Source: Lama guanicoe (taxonomy: Eukaryota). Taken from it: DNA of 64,000 nt. Below, piece by piece: positions 1 to 13,800 of the stretch (its first letter is position 1; the number at the start of each line of letters is the position of its first letter). Location of the stretch: the NCBI GenBank assembly GCA_013239625.1, contig MU054132.1, forward strand, positions 744,001-808,000. The letters run 5' to 3'. Position numbers and translations under genes: made by a program. The notes under the pieces were generated by a model, which searched no databases, was not told the origin of the DNA, and saw nothing but the letters and a program-made list of their open reading frames with translations.

Positions 1-211
1 AGCTCAGGGCTCCACCTGCACCATCAGCACAGGCCCCAGGGGAACGCAGTCACAGTGGACCCACAGGCATGTTGAGAAACACAAAGCTGCCTCATTCACC
101 ACCTGCTCACTCGCACGCTTTCTGCAGAGTGCGCTGGACTTAGACCGAGGGCTGCACCCTCCCTTCAGTACAGAACTGGACTCCCCAAGCGGCGGTCCCA
201 GAGTGGGATAC

Positions 212-369
212 CTGTCTCTCAGCACATGGTTCCGGATCTCCTCCACCAGCTGGAATGCCCGGGACAGAGGTGAGCGGAACACATCTACTGCCAGGAGGTT
301 CTTGTGCCAGGGAGACACTGAGGACTTCACAAATATCTGCTGGATGTAAGCCACTGGGGCACCCACGTA
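212..369 (-). CDS. SCAP: SCAP exon 4, 158 bp ([53 protein letters not shown]), part of luminal loop 1
   Basis: Peptide matches recalled SCAP sequence; acceptor ttcttctgcag|TAC and donor GACAG|gtatcc; phase 0 start joins exon 3. Confidence 0.97.
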
Positions 370-556
370 CTGCAGAAGAAATGGGGGAGCGGCAGAAAGG
401 TCAGCTCAGCACAGGAGAAGAACAGCCATATTCAGTAAGGATTTACGGAGCATCTTACTAAGGGCAAAGCAATGTGGGGCCAACAGGACAGGCCTTCAAA
501 AATGAAGTCGTCCACCAGGGACTTCTTACCACTTTCCTACACATTTCCTAATAGAA

Positions 557-786
557 CAGGGGTTGCCAAACTATGGCTCACAGGCTAAATCAAGCCTGGC
601 ACTTGTTTTTCTAAATAAAGTTCTCTTGGAACACAGCCACACCCACCCCATTCTGTAGTGGCCACGGCTGCTTTCACACAACAATGGCAGAGGCGAGTGC
701 TCATGACAGAGATGGCGTGATCCACAGAGTCTAAATAAAACATTTACTATCTAAACCTTGATGGAAAACGTGTGCTGACCCCGCCT
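557..786 (+). mobile_element. MER58A-like hAT-Charlie DNA transposon
   Basis: caggggttgccaaactatggc...aaataaagttctcttggaacacagccac...gctgacccc resembles recalled MER58A. Confidence 0.8.
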
Positions 787-2884
787 GGGGCCGTAGGCGC
801 CCACAAGGGTGGAGCCTATCTTACTGGTCCTGGTTTTGCCACTTGCTGCAGGTCAGTAGTTTCTGAAGCTCAACAGACCCAGTTTTAAATCCCCACTCTC
901 CAACTGTACGGCCTGGGAAATGTCTTTGACTTCTCTGGATTTCACTTTCCTCAGTGTGAAGGGGGGATAATGACATCCCCCTGCAGCATCATGAAGGCAG
1001 GCTCTCACACACACATGTATCAACAGCGCCCGCAGAGACGAAGCGTTCATGGACGACAGTTGTGGCACATTGTGTCACTGACCCCACGGCAGTCTTATGG
1101 GAAGCATGGAGACTGTCCAGTGCTCAGGACCTGAGCAGGGTGGCAGGAGGATTCAAACCCAGGTTTCCTCACTGAACATCACATCCTCTTCTCACAGAAC
1201 CTGCCATCTGTCCTTAAAGTGCTAACAGGCACTTAAGTGACCAAAGTGACACGTGTTAACAGGCGGGGAAAGCCTCCCAGTGATGGGCCTGTCAAGGAGC
1301 ACTCTCCAAACGAGGTGCCATGGCAGCGGTACACGGGGGAGGAGCTGAGTGGAGGCCAGGGGTGGGGAAGGACTGGCGGGAGATGGGCAGGGGAGGACCG
1401 GGAGGGCCTCTGAGGAGCAAGGCACGTGGGTAACAACGGAACTCACAGCTAAAATGAGAGGAGACCAGGATGACGCCAGACTGAGCCCTCTGGATTTTAA
1501 CCAGTTGACAGAGAAAAGCCCCTGACTGTCTTCGAGAAGGAGGGCAACCTGACAAAGCAGAGCTCCGGAGATTCCCCTGGAGTTAGTCCAACTGCGGACA
1601 GGGAGCGACCAGCCACAGCCCCGGCGCACACGCCACGTACTGTGAGATGCAGGCTGGGGGAGCTGGGCCTGGCCGAGGATGAGGGGACTGTCGTGATGCC
1701 TGGGCCCCAATCAGGATGGAAGGAAAGGCCATTTAGCCACTCAAGGATGCAGTGCTCCAGGTGATCATACAAGCAAGGGTCAAGGTGCTTAACATGCAGA
1801 GCAAGTTAACACCGCCTGGGCTCCTGGGCACAAAGAACAACCCCAGGCAACCATCTGAGCCTCTGTGAAGTATATGTTTATGAACCCATGTCACAAAGAC
1901 TCTGGGGACAGAGGGCCTCACCCACTCACTCTTCTCCACCAGACTCAGCCCCCTAGACACTGTCAGGAGGTACAGAGGCATCTGGACAGAACTGACTGCC
2001 ACAGGTTCTGACCTGAACAGTGGCTCACTGACTCAGCATACCACACGAGTCTGAGTAGGGCAGGAGCTGCCCAGAGACCAGCAGCTCGACAAGGAGAGCG
2101 ACTCCCAGGGAGATCATCGTCAGGCTCTGATGGACACAGCATGCCACCCAGGGGCAGCTAGGACCTCCAGACCCGGGTCTGTGACTTTGCACACACCACC
2201 TCCTCTGCCCACCGCCCCTGTCGGACCTCCACCCTCACCTTCAGGCCCACTGCGCCTATGCAACTGAACCTTTTGGTTTCCAGGCAGGACAGCTCCTTGG
2301 CCCTTTGGTCCAAATCCAGCCCCCTTCCCACCCAGGTGCCTTCTCGCCAGCCAGGACCATCCAGGCCACCATTTCAACAAAGAAACAGTGAACATACTTT
2401 AGAACCAGCGCTCTCTTTCTGGGCTCTAGGGATGGCTCCAGGAGTTCCATGAGTGCTCCACGTAATTTATATTTCTGCTCAGAAGCCCACCTATTATTAT
2501 CACCAACATTATTTTTAGGGAAGAGGATACAAAGGTTTCATCAAATTTTCACAGAAATAGGTAATAACCCCTTTGTCCTAGGTATTTCTTTCTCCTTTGA
2601 CTTCTACCAGTCCTGGGTATCATACCCTGCTCATTTGTTTCCACTGCTCAGCTGGCTGCCTCAGCAGACAAACACCACGCAGAAGTGCACCAACGGCACA
2701 GCCATGCTCTGGCCTTGGCTGCACCGCCCTCTGCTGGTCGGCTCTTGATTCATCCTCACCAGCTTCCAACTGAACTTTCCAAGCTGCTTTCCAACATCTT
2801 TCCAACTCCTTCAAGATTTTGGTCCATTCATTTAATACGATTGTATCAGACTCATCATCCAACATCTATACCCTCAACCTAAGG

Positions 2885-3110
2885 CTAGTGGTTTCCTCGG
2901 GAGGCACAGGAAACCCCGAAAGGAGAGTAGGGACAGGAGGAGGGAAGGGAAGGCTGCCACCAAAGGGTGTGTTACTGAGCAAGTGACCCGTGGCTGACTG
3001 TATTTAGCTGAATTATCCCACTGCAGGGAAGAGACCTAAGGTTACATACCAACTCCTGCAGTTACTGACTGAGGGCTGCCTAGGGGGCATGAATTCTCCA
3101 GCACCTCAGG
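2885..3110 (-). mobile_element. Old ERVL LTR fragment (LTR16-like)
   Basis: gggtgtgttactgagcaag...ccaactcctgcagttactgactgagggctgcc resembles recalled LTR16; degraded. Confidence 0.45.
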
Positions 3111-3379
3111 CCTTGGCTACCAGAGATTCTTTTGACAAATGAGATGCAGATGCTGGTGGCTGGAAAGCAGGAGGGCAGGCACTAAAATGGTAGCAGGGGT
3201 GTGGGCAGGGCCTACCCCTCACTGTGCTGGGCCCTATTGTAATCCCTATCTGATATTCAAGTGAGAAACAGACACGGAAAGGGCAATGACACATGGTATC
3301 CTCAGTGGGTGACAGAGACAGCATAAGGGCCAGTGGAGTCCAGACGCCCCTGGGTACAGGGGGGTGAGTCCTCACTAGA

Positions 3380-4130
3380 TGGAGGCTTCCAACTTGGCCC
3401 CAGTAATCCCCGCCTCCTGGTGCTCATGCCCCCTTGGGTGCAACCCCCCTTGGCAGTGGGCTAGACTTAGTAATTTGCTTCTGACAAACAGAATATACAG
3501 CAACAGTGATGAAATCTCATTTCTGAGATTAGGTTATAAAAGACTATGACCCTTAAGGCCATTATGCTAAGTGAAATAAACCAGGCCCCAAAAGACAAAC
3601 ACTGTATGATTCCACATGTATGAGGTACCTAAATCAGTCAAATTCACAGCGACAGAACATAGAACGGCAGCTCCCAAGGGCTGGGGAAAGGGGAATGGGG
3701 ACTTACTGTTTAATGGGCACAGAGCTGTGTTTTACAAGATGAAGAGTCACAGAAACAGAGGAGGTAATGATCGCACAGTAATGTAAATGTATTTAAGACC
3801 ACTGAACTGTGCACTTAAAAACGGTTAAGAGAGTAAATTTTATGTTGTGTGTATTCTGCCACACTTCAAGAAAAAATGGAAGAGGGAAAAAAGACTGTGA
3901 CCCCTCCTCCGCCCCCTCTTCTGGAGCCACCACTCTGATGAAGTCGTGAGCTGCTCCAGAAAGCTCCATGTGGCAAAGAATTGCGGGGACTTCCAGCTGA
4001 CAGCCAGTGAGGGACCGGGTCCCTCAACCCAGCCCCCTGCCTGAGCACTCCTGGAAGCGAATTCTCTCCAGTCAGGCTGAGAAACTGCAGCCTTGGCTGA
4101 CATTCTGACTGCAGCCTGTAGGAGACCCTG
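3380..4130 (+). mobile_element. MaLR LTR (MLT1F-like) split by an L1 3' end
   Basis: MLT1-type text ggccccagtaatccccgcctcctggtg...ctgagattaggttataaaagact, resuming after about 3890. Confidence 0.65.
3553..3888 (+). mobile_element. L1M (L1MA/MB-like) 3' end inside the MLT1 LTR
   Basis: attatgctaagtgaaataaaccag...cacttaaaaacggttaag...ccacac; flanks aaaagactatgaccc and aaaagactgtgaccc form a TSD. Confidence 0.75.
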
Positions 4131-6308
4131 AGCTAGAGCACCCAGATAAGGAAACCAAGGCTCAGAGAGATAAGAAGGATGTGCCCAAGGATGCACAGCT
4201 GACAGGCAGCAGAGCCAGGATGAAAGCCCAGGGTTGCCTAACCCTCAGGCCAATGTTTTCTCCACAGCCAACCTGCCTGGGTAGGTCTGAACAATGTGCG
4301 TTTCCACGGGGAACAGGACGTGGATGGGCAGGCCCCGCACAAGCAGAGTAGGAGGAGGGCTGAGGCCCGGCACCCCTGAGGTTTCTGGCCACCACCATTC
4401 ACAGCATGAGGCCCCTGACCGGGGCTCCTTGGAACCCCTGCGTGCAGGCTCGGGCAGCCACCACTAACACTGCAGTGCTGGCCCAGAAGCCTGGCCACCT
4501 CTGCAGGCCTGGCAGGCAGGGCTTGGCGTGGGGTTGAGGCTTCCGTGATGGCCTGGTCTAGGGGAGCCCGGCCAGCGCAGGACATCTCAAGCTTGTTGTT
4601 GTTGCTGTTGCTGTTTTAAACACAATCCTGCCTTCACATTTAGATGAAGGAACCTAGAGCTCCGAGCACATTATCTTCACACTGACACACCCGGGGCTCC
4701 CTTTAGAACGTGATACAGAGGACTCCCGTTACTCAGCTCTTCTGGAAAACAGGGCTCCTGCTCCTTGTCCTCCTGGAGGTGGGGTGGGGTGTGGTGGGAA
4801 GGGCAGGCTCAGGGGACCCACCAGGGCTCGACTTCTAGCTCCACCCTCAGCTGTGAGCCTTGGACAAGGGTCTCCACACTCTCCAAGCCTCGGTTCCTTA
4901 CTGAGGGAACCAGGAACAGAATCTCAGATGTTACCAGAAACAACACAACACACCATCCCATCTAGCAAGGTTTGTGGCCAAAAACATGTTAGTTATATCC
5001 AGTTATATCATTATGTCTTAAAACTATGATAAGTGGATTTGGGATCCCCTTAAAATCAACCCCTCCTCCCCACCTCATATCCCCCCACCCTCTTCCTAGG
5101 CACGGTCATCTCAGTCTCCAAGTTTCTCCGAGTTCAGTAAGACTGACCTTCTTACCACCACTTTCGTCATGTCATTGCCTCTAAGGGACTGGCTCCCATG
5201 ACCTACAGAATTAGTCCCAACTCCGGAGCCCAGGGTTCAACTTTGTCCCACCTACTCATCACCTCCCGCATTCCAAGAAAAGTGCCTCACTCCAGATTCC
5301 CTGTCTCCTAAATAAGCCATGCTACTTCTTCATTCAACAAAAAACCTTTCCTGAGCATATACTATGTGCAAAATATTGGACTGTACAATTTGAATGAAAC
5401 ATGACTTCAAGTGGGCCACGCGAGGGTACAGAGGAGGAGCAGGGCACACATCTGCAGGAGAGCTGAGGGAGGCTTCCTGGGGAGAGTGCCATGTGCAATG
5501 GCGGGGTAAAAGATAAGGAGTGCATGCCTGGTGCACTCAGAGGCCAGTCCAGGTATGTGAACCTCTGTTCTCCTGCCCTCTGCTCTGGCCAGTTCTAATC
5601 AAGGCCAATGATGACTATGGTGAGAGCCAGAAACATTTACTAAGTGAAAGTGATGGGCCAGACACTGCACTAAACCTCTGCATTCTTTCACTTAACCCTA
5701 TGACAGTGTGTAATGCGGGTATAATTATTACCCCCATTTTATGAGTGAAGAAACTAAGGCACAGAGGTGTTACATAACTTGCAGAAGGTCACACACTGCA
5801 AAATGGAAAATCTTCACCTTTCTGCTTTGCTCTGGTCTTCCTCTGGTAAAAACATCCCTCTTCCCAGAGGGAACTGTCTTCTCCCACCCCATAAGGCCAC
5901 TGATCAGTGACTCCAACACAGGGCAGGCCTAATTCAGAGCACAGGGACCTGGCAGAGTTGATTAGAGTCCTCCCCAGAGGACACACAAAGGCACAACTGC
6001 AGGGTGCAGCCAACAACCCACTGGGGGGATCACTTCAGCAGAAGGGGAGAGAGAGGGCTACACAGAAAGAGAGATGCCTCCAGCACACAGAAAGAACTAC
6101 AATTCAATTTAAACAAATCCAAGCAATTCAAAATGGGCAAAACACTGAAATACTTCACAAAGGAAGATACGCCAATACAATAGGTGCTTGACATTAAGTC
6201 ATCTGGAAAATGCAAACTAAAACAACAATGAAATTTCTCCTTACTTCTAATAGAAAGGCTTTAAAAAAACCTACAGTACCAAGAACTTTATGGCAAAGAC
6301 TGAACTTT

Positions 6309-6998
6309 GTGCAGTCACTATGGAAAACAGTATGGAGACCCCTCAAAAAACTCAAAATAGACCTACCATATGATCCAGCAATCCCACTCCTGGGCATATA
6401 TCCAAAGGGAACCTTAATTCAAAAAGACACACACACCCCAATGTTCATAGCAGCACTATTTACAATAGCCAAGACATGGAAACAACCTAAATGTCCATCA
6501 ACACACAACTGGATAAAGAAGTTGTGGTATATTTATACAACAGAATACTATTCAGCCATAAAAAATAATAAAATAATGCCATTTGCAGCAACATGGATGG
6601 ACCTGGAAATTGCCCTTCTAAGTGAAGTAAGCCAGAAATATAAAGAAAAATACCATATGATAATCACTCATATGCGGAATCTAAAAAAAAGAAAAAGTCC
6701 ACTATGAACTCATCTACAAAGCAGAAACAGACTTGCAGACATAGTAAACAATCTTATGGTTACTGGAGAAAGGGGGTGGAAAGGGATAAATTTGGGAGTC
6801 TGAGATTTACCAATGTTAGCGACTATACATAAAAACAGATTTAAAAAAAAGTGTTGTATAGCACAGAGAACTATGTTCAATATTTTATAATAATGTTTAA
6901 TGAAAAAAAATAAAAACAAATGTATGTATGTATGTGCATGATTGTGCTGTACACCAGAAATTGACATATTGCAACTGACTGTACTTCAATTAAAAAAA
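6309..6998 (+). mobile_element. Young 5'-truncated L1 (ORF2 C-terminus, 3'UTR, polyA)
   Basis: ORF2p C-terminal peptide [33 protein letters not shown]; perfect 14-bp TSD aaagactgaacttt at 6295-6308 and 6999-7012. Confidence 0.95.
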
Positions 6999-7012
6999 AA
7001 AGACTGAACTTT

Positions 7013-7210
7013 AATGTATGGAAATTTAAAAAATAATTTAGGAGGCTGATGGATATGAAAAGAATGACACTTTACCTCTGCAGTCTTCCTTCCAAAAACC
7101 CATACACCCAGTCTAATCAAGGGGAAAACAGACAAATCCTACTCGAGGGACACTCCTCAAAACTGTCAAGGTCATCAAGAACAAGAAAAGTCTGAGAAAC
7201 TATCACTAAA
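7013..7210 (+). mobile_element. Old L1MC-like 3'UTR fragment
   Basis: ctcctcaaaactgtcaaggtcatcaagaacaagaaaagtctgagaaac motif. Confidence 0.6.
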
Positions 7211-7229
7211 AAAAGGTAAGGAAACTGGA

Positions 7230-7900
7230 TTTCCTTAGTTTGTACCTATGTGCTTTTTCTCTCCCAAGATCCCATCCAGGACAGCATGTCACATTTAGCT
7301 GTCCTGTCTCCTGGGGCTTCTCGTGGCTGTGTTAGTTTCTCAGGCTTTGTTTTTGATGACCTTGACAGTCTTGAGGAGGGTTAGTCAGGAACTGCATGGA
7401 ACATCCCTGAAGTGGGATCTGTCAGACATTCTTCTCATGATTAGGCTGGGCTTCTGGGTTTTTGGGAGGAAGACAGCAAGGGTGCTTCAGGGGTTACACC
7501 ATCAGCCTGATTGATCACTGCTGCCGGTGACCTGACTGCCTTGCTGAGGAGCTGTCAGGTTCTCCACTGTAAAGTGACTCTTTTCTCCCCTCTGTACATG
7601 ATACTCTTTAGAAGGAAGTCACTATGTACAGTCCACATTTAAGGAAGAGGAGTTATATTCCCCCTCCCTGAGGGTGGAATATCTACATAAATTATTTAGA
7701 ATTTTTTGCCCAGATCTGTCTACTCTCCTCCACTTACTTATTCAATCATACTGACTCATATTTATTTTACACCTCAAGTTATAATCCAATACTACTTTAT
7801 TTTGCTGCAAAATATATTTTATTTTCCAGCACTGGCCATTGGGAGCTCTTTCAGTTGGCTCCTGTGTCCCTTTGACGTATACTGAATTTACTTTGAACCG
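7230..7900 (-). mobile_element. Old L1MC/MD-like 3'UTR fragment in the opposite orientation
   Basis: Reverse complement carries the same ctcctcaagactgtcaaggtcatcaaaaac motif and gctcccaatggccagtgctgg. Confidence 0.65.
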
Positions 7901-8039
7901 ACTTCTTTGTCTTTTCTTCCCAAGTAGACTGGGATCTCCTCGGGAGCAGTGAGGCTCCATGTGTTCCCTAGATCATCCTGCCAGGCACACTGCAGACGTG
8001 CAGTAAACATGCGCTGACTAAAGGAAGGAACTAAGGAAT

Positions 8040-8470
8040 GAAGGACATTTTGGTTCCTTGGTGTGGGCTGCCCTGTGCCTGAGCTTCCTAATTTCCTTTG
8101 AAAACCATCCTCTCTCACCCTCAGCCTGGTGATGAAGACAACCAGGGGATGAAGACAATCAACAAAGCACCCCCCTCGGCTACAGGATCTGAGGTGGGGA
8201 CAGGTAAGTAACCCCAATCAGAGCCAAACAGGCCTGCTCTTGTCCTCCACTGGATTGGATGTTCCAAGAATGTGAGGCTGAATCTGCGGGAGCTGACCTA
8301 GACAGGGCAGAGCTGAGAGACAGATTCCTTCCAAGGCCCAAACCATGCTGTCCTTGAATAAGCCCTGCCCACGGGCCCTGAGTTACATGACCCCTGCAAA
8401 AAATGCCCTTTTCACTTACTCTGGTTTGGGTTGAGTTTTCTGCTCCTTGTAACTAAAAAGCAGTCCTTAC
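8040..8470 (+). mobile_element. Old MaLR LTR (MLT1J/K-like)
   Basis: MLT1-type 3' end: tgcccttttcacttactctggtttgggttgagttttctgctccttgtaactaaaaag. Confidence 0.5.
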
Positions 8471-9479
8471 AACTCCAGTACTGCTGGCCTTTATTTTTAT
8501 GATGGACTGTCAATGGAGGTGAGAGAACTGACCACTGAGCGGCAGGCTGACACAAGACTCCCCCAGGGCATGGATCTCTTTCTCCACCTTTCAGGGGCTG
8601 GGGCTCCAACCAGAAAGAAAAAAAGGGACAATCCTCTGATTCCTGAGCCCTCACGTTGTTTTGTACACCCACTTACAACCATCACCCCAGACCAAAGAAG
8701 GGCACTAAGGAGGTTTAAAGGGCTCACAAACAAGTAAACCCCCAACAACCGTGTCATGAAGCAACTGTCCTGCACCATCAGGCCACTGAACGCTTCTAGC
8801 CACAAAACACCCACCAACACAGGCTGCCTTGCTGTGACTGGGAACCACCAGTTCCACTGTGGGGTAAAACTGCATCAAGAGGTTAACGAAGGTAAAAGGT
8901 ATGAACCAAAAATGTCCCATAGTGAGTTGGGGGTCAAGCTGGGACATGAAGTTACAGAACTGGCTTCTTCCACATCAGACCCTGCTCCCTCTCACCATCA
9001 TGGACAGAGTACCACTGAGCCTGGACTGGGCACTTCCTCTTGACACCATGCGTAGCCATAGCACACGCCCACCTCACCAGATAACGTCTCTATTTCAGCA
9101 ACATTAGAACCAAGTTTATAACGAGTTACCCAGCTGCTACGTTACCCAAAAAGGAAACAGGAAGGAATGTGCAATCACTGTCAGAGAAAAGGTGGGAGAG
9201 GAAGAGCTCTGTGCCCCGAGCTTTGGTTCTGCTCCACAACAAGAGACTCAGCAAGCCCCGTCCAATCCACGGGACCAGAGCACAACACATGAGGGAGGAA
9301 CATTTCACCCACCCCTGGCAAGCAAAAGGTTTAGAGACGAGCTAATCAATCATGTACGATTTCCAAATAATGAGTCCAGAGTTCTGGGGAGTGAGGTCCT
9401 GCACCTGAGACCCTCAGCTGGAGAGACTATTTCTTCATTTACATCAGTGCTTAGCTCAGAGAGTCAACTGAGAACGGTA

Positions 9480-9720
9480 TGATTCAGAAGAAGCAGTGGG
9501 CTTCGGACCAGGAGACCTGGAGTTCTAATCCAGTGTTGACTGGAAAAAAACTGAATTTAAATAGAGGCACTTCATCACTCTAAGTCCCAGCTTCCCAAAC
9601 TGCAAAAGACAAACAAAACCTGCACTTTTTACCTGACTAGGTTGTGAGGATAAAGTAGGACCTAACAGATTTGAAAAAACTAGGTGCACACAGTAAATAC
9701 TAAATGTTGCTGGGACTCTG
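9480..9720 (+). mobile_element. MIR SINE remnant (others at about 870, 4140, 5620, 14780, 19800, 21280, 45230, 53020, 53400, 56810)
   Basis: MIR core-like agacctggagttctaatccag...ctctaagtcccagcttcccaaactgcaaaa...ttgtgaggataaa. Confidence 0.6.
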
Positions 9721-10109
9721 ATGATAAACATTCTCCAGGGAGGGATGCTGAGTGGTTCCCATGACTACCTGATGCAAGACAAGACGGCCTGTCTGCCAGG
9801 GCACTGCCCGGCACCTGCGCCCGTGTGTGAGCAGCCTGCGGTATGAACCCAGACCCAGCTGGCCACGTGTACGGCAACCACAACCCCCAGCTTCTCCAGG
9901 ACAGTCACGCTTCTACGTCTTCTGGTGTTTCCTTTCAAAACAGGAATGTATAACTAAACATATTAAGTGTATGACTAAATATTTTGGTGCCTTTGTAAAG
10001 ATGTGTGCCCATCAGAAGCTGACCACCTTCACTCGCTCACAGAACCCCCGCCTCAGCCAACCTGCGCCCAGCCCCCAGGGCTCGCTTTGGCCACTCGCTG
10101 AGCACCTAC

Positions 10110-10239
10110 CCACTCTGGCTGCTCAGCAGGCTCTCCTGGCTTGTGGTCAGAGGCCACAGGTGGGGGCGAGTAATCCTTGACAGGAGTGGTGAATTCCACG
10201 GGTCCCGTTCCGGGCAAGGGGAGTTTCAGCAGTGGGTAG
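10110..10239 (-). CDS. SCAP: SCAP exon 3, 130 bp ([44 protein letters not shown])
   Basis: Peptide match; acceptor gttcatcccag|CTAC and donor GAGTGG|gtaggt; phase 2 in, phase 0 out. Confidence 0.97.
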
Positions 10240-10829
10240 CTGGGATGAACAAAAAGGAGAGAAGAGTTAGGACATGACACCAGGCAGAGTCTACGCTGAG
10301 AAGACAGTGACACAGGAACCGCTGCTTTTGCACTAAATTCTCCCTCCTGGAAGGACTGCACAAATGCACAAAACATTAGAGTCATAAGTTCACCGCTAGG
10401 AGGAAACTCAGAAGCCTCTAGATCAAAGTTTTTCAAACTTCTTTTTAGTCACAGGAAGCCCAATTCATAAAGTAGACTGGTTGGATATTTTTAGAGATGT
10501 AATAAAGGCAAGATGCTAAAAAAAAAAAAAAAAAGAGTCCAAAAAATTTCTGGTCAAATTAGACATAAGTAAGACAACAATAAAAAACTGGGGAAACAAA
10601 AATCGAGAAGGATCCCGATTCAGACTGCTGAGCAAGTCACTCTAATTTTAAGGGACAGACCATGAAAACTGTGCACAACACACTCAGGGCGAGGTTTACA
10701 CTAGACCAGGCTGAATACAAGTCCACAGATCCACTACACACAAAGGAAAACACTTGGCCTTACATCAAGAAGTTGGCAAATGGATGTGCTTTTGTTTCAG
10801 GCCTCACTTCTTTTCAAACTTTTTTAAAA

Positions 10830-13800
10830 ATTGAAAATTAACTTTTATGTACTACAATTCACAAATTTTAAGTATATAGTGAGATAAATGTTTACATACG
10901 CCTACACCTGTGTAACCACTAACTAGATCAAGCTATAAAACATCTCCAGAACCTCTGAAGGTGGCCTTGTGTCCCCACTCAGTGAAAAGCATCCTCCTCC
11001 ACAAACCACTATTAGAATTTCTATCATATAAACTAGTTTTGCCTGTTTCTGACAGCATAGAAATGAAACCATCCATTCCACTGTGTACTCTTGTGACTGG
11101 CTGCTTTCACTTAAATTATATCTACTAGATTCATCCACATTGGCACACACAGATCATTCTTCTCCACGTATATGTACTATTCCACTGAATGAATATATGA
11201 CAGTGTATTTATCTATTCCAGTGTTGAGGAACATTTGGCTGTTTCCAGTTCAAGCTATTACAATAGAGCTGTTTTAAGAGTGGCCACCATCAAAAATTCT
11301 GCAAATAATATATTCTGGAGAGGGTGTGGAGAAAAGCAAACCCTCCTCCACTGTTGGTGGGAATGTAAACTGGTGCAGCCATTATGGAAAGCAGGCTGGA
11401 GGTTCCTTTAAAAAACTAAAAATAGAGCTATCATATGCTCCAGCAATTCCACTCTTGGGTATTCCAAAAAAGATGAAAACTCTAACTTGAAAAGAGACAT
11501 GCACCCTGAGGTTCATAGCAGCACTATTTACAACAGCCAAGACATGGAAACAACCCAAGTGCCTATCAACAGATGATTGGTTTATGATGATGTGGTATAT
11601 ATACACAATATTACTCAGTCATAAAACAGAATGAAATATTGGCATTTGCAGCAACATGGATGGACCTAGAGAATATTATACTAAATGAAATAAGTCAGAT
11701 AGAGAAAGACAATTATTATATATCACTTATATGAAGAACCTAAAAAATAATACAAATAAATCTATACACAAAATAGACACATACTCACAGATACAGAAAA
11801 CAAACTTATGTTCACTCACCAAAGGAGAAGGGGGGGTAGATAAATTAGGAGTATGGGATTAAAAGATACAAACTATTACACATAAAATAGGCAACAAGGA
11901 TTTTCTGTATAGCACAGGGAACTATATTCAATATCTTATAATAACCTATAATGGAAAATAATCTGAAAAAAATGTATATATAACTGAGTCACTTTCTTGT
12001 ACACCTGAAAGTAACACAATATGACAAATCAACTATATTTCAATTAAAAAAAAAAGAACAGAACTATTATGGTAATTTTTATACATACACTCATTTTTAT
12101 ATAAGCACTCATTTCTGTTGGGTATATTCCTAGAATGAAACTTCTGGGCTGTGGAGCATACATATGTTTAGCTTTGCAGATAATACCAGTTTTTCAAAGT
12201 AGCTGTCTGAATTTGTGTTCACATCAGCGGTGTGATGGGACTTCCAACTGCTCTAAATTTTTGCCACCGCTTGATCAAGTCAGTCCAATTAATTTTAACC
12301 ATTTAGAGGAGGAGGTGGTGGTATCTCTCTAAGGTTTTAATGTGCAACGAATAATGCTGCAAGTTCTTGCATATGCTTATTGGCCATTTGACTACATCCT
12401 ACTTTGTGAAGCACCTCTTCCATTATTTTTTTTAAATTGAGTCACCTTATACACTCCAGATTGAGTCCAGAGTCCTTTATACAGCTATAAATTTCCCTCT
12501 TAGTTCTCCTTTCACTGCATCCCGTAAGTTCTGGTGTACTGTGTTTTTGTTTTCATCATCTCAAGGTATTTCCTAATTTCCCTTCTGACTTCTTCTTTGA
12601 CCCACTGGTTGTTTTAGGATGTATTGTTTGATTTCCACACGTCAGTGAATTTTCCAGTTTTCCTTCTATTACCGATTTTTAGTTTCATCCCACTGTTACT
12701 GGCAAAGATACTGTGAATGATTTCAATCTTTTTAAATTTCCTGATGCTTGTCTCTGGCCTAACATGTGGTCTAGCCTGGTGAACGTACCACATTCACTTG
12801 AGAGGAATGTGTATTGGGCTAGCTGGTTTACAGTGTTGCCGTAAAGTCCTCCATTTCCTTATCCATCGTGTCAGGCTGCTCTGTCCATTATTCAAAGTGG
12901 AGTACTGAGGGCTCCAACTGTTATTCTAGAACTGTGTATTTCTCCTTTCAATTCTGTCAATTTTTGCTTCGTATATTTTAGTGATCTGTTGTGAAGTGTT
13001 ACACGTTTACAGCTGCTACCTCCTCTTGCTGTATTGAAGCATCTGTCAATATATAATGTCCTTCTTTGTCTCTAGTAACCTTTTTAATGTTGTCTGATAA
13101 TACTATAGCCACCTCAGCTCTCTTTTGGGTACTATTTAGCATGGAATATCTTTTTCCATCCTTTCACTTTCAACCTCTTTGTGTTCTTATATCTAAAAGT
13201 GTAGCGTATAACTAAAAGAGTCTTGTAGAGAGCATGTAGATGGACTGTCTTTTTAAAAATCAAATCTGCCAGTCTGTCTTTTAATGGGAGACTTTAATCC
13301 ACTTACATTTAATGTGATTACTCACAAAGATTTACTTATGCCATTTAGCCATTTGTTTTCTGTATGTCTTATATGTTTTTTGTTTCTCAGTTCCTCCATT
13401 GCTGCCCCTTTTCGGGTGGGAGTTGATTTTTCTGTAGTGTGCTACCCTGATTCCCTTCTTTCCTCTTCTGTATATTTAAAAAGTTATTTTCTTAGTGATT
13501 ACCTTGGGGATTATATTATTAACAATTTATAACAACCTAGATTAAGTAGCGCTGTTATACGGGGGCTCAACAGCAGATATGAGCAAGCAGAAGAAAGGAT
13601 TAGCAACCACGAAAAGAAGATGCTGAAATTATGTAGTCTGAAGACCTTAGCTTCAAGTAGTACACAAACACTGTCAATACATCTTTGTCTCTCCCTTTTT
13701 ATAGTTCTTGTCAGATTACACTTTATATTTATTTCCATTAACAAAGATTTTAAATTATTGTTCAACGCATTTGTCTTTTAAATCACAAAAGACAAAGAAA

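Noticed and set aside
6210..6707. 165-aa ORF and similar ORFs at 39084, 39434, 39848 and 46595
   Set aside because: Fragments of L1 ORF2p in 5'-truncated elements, not host genes or active L1
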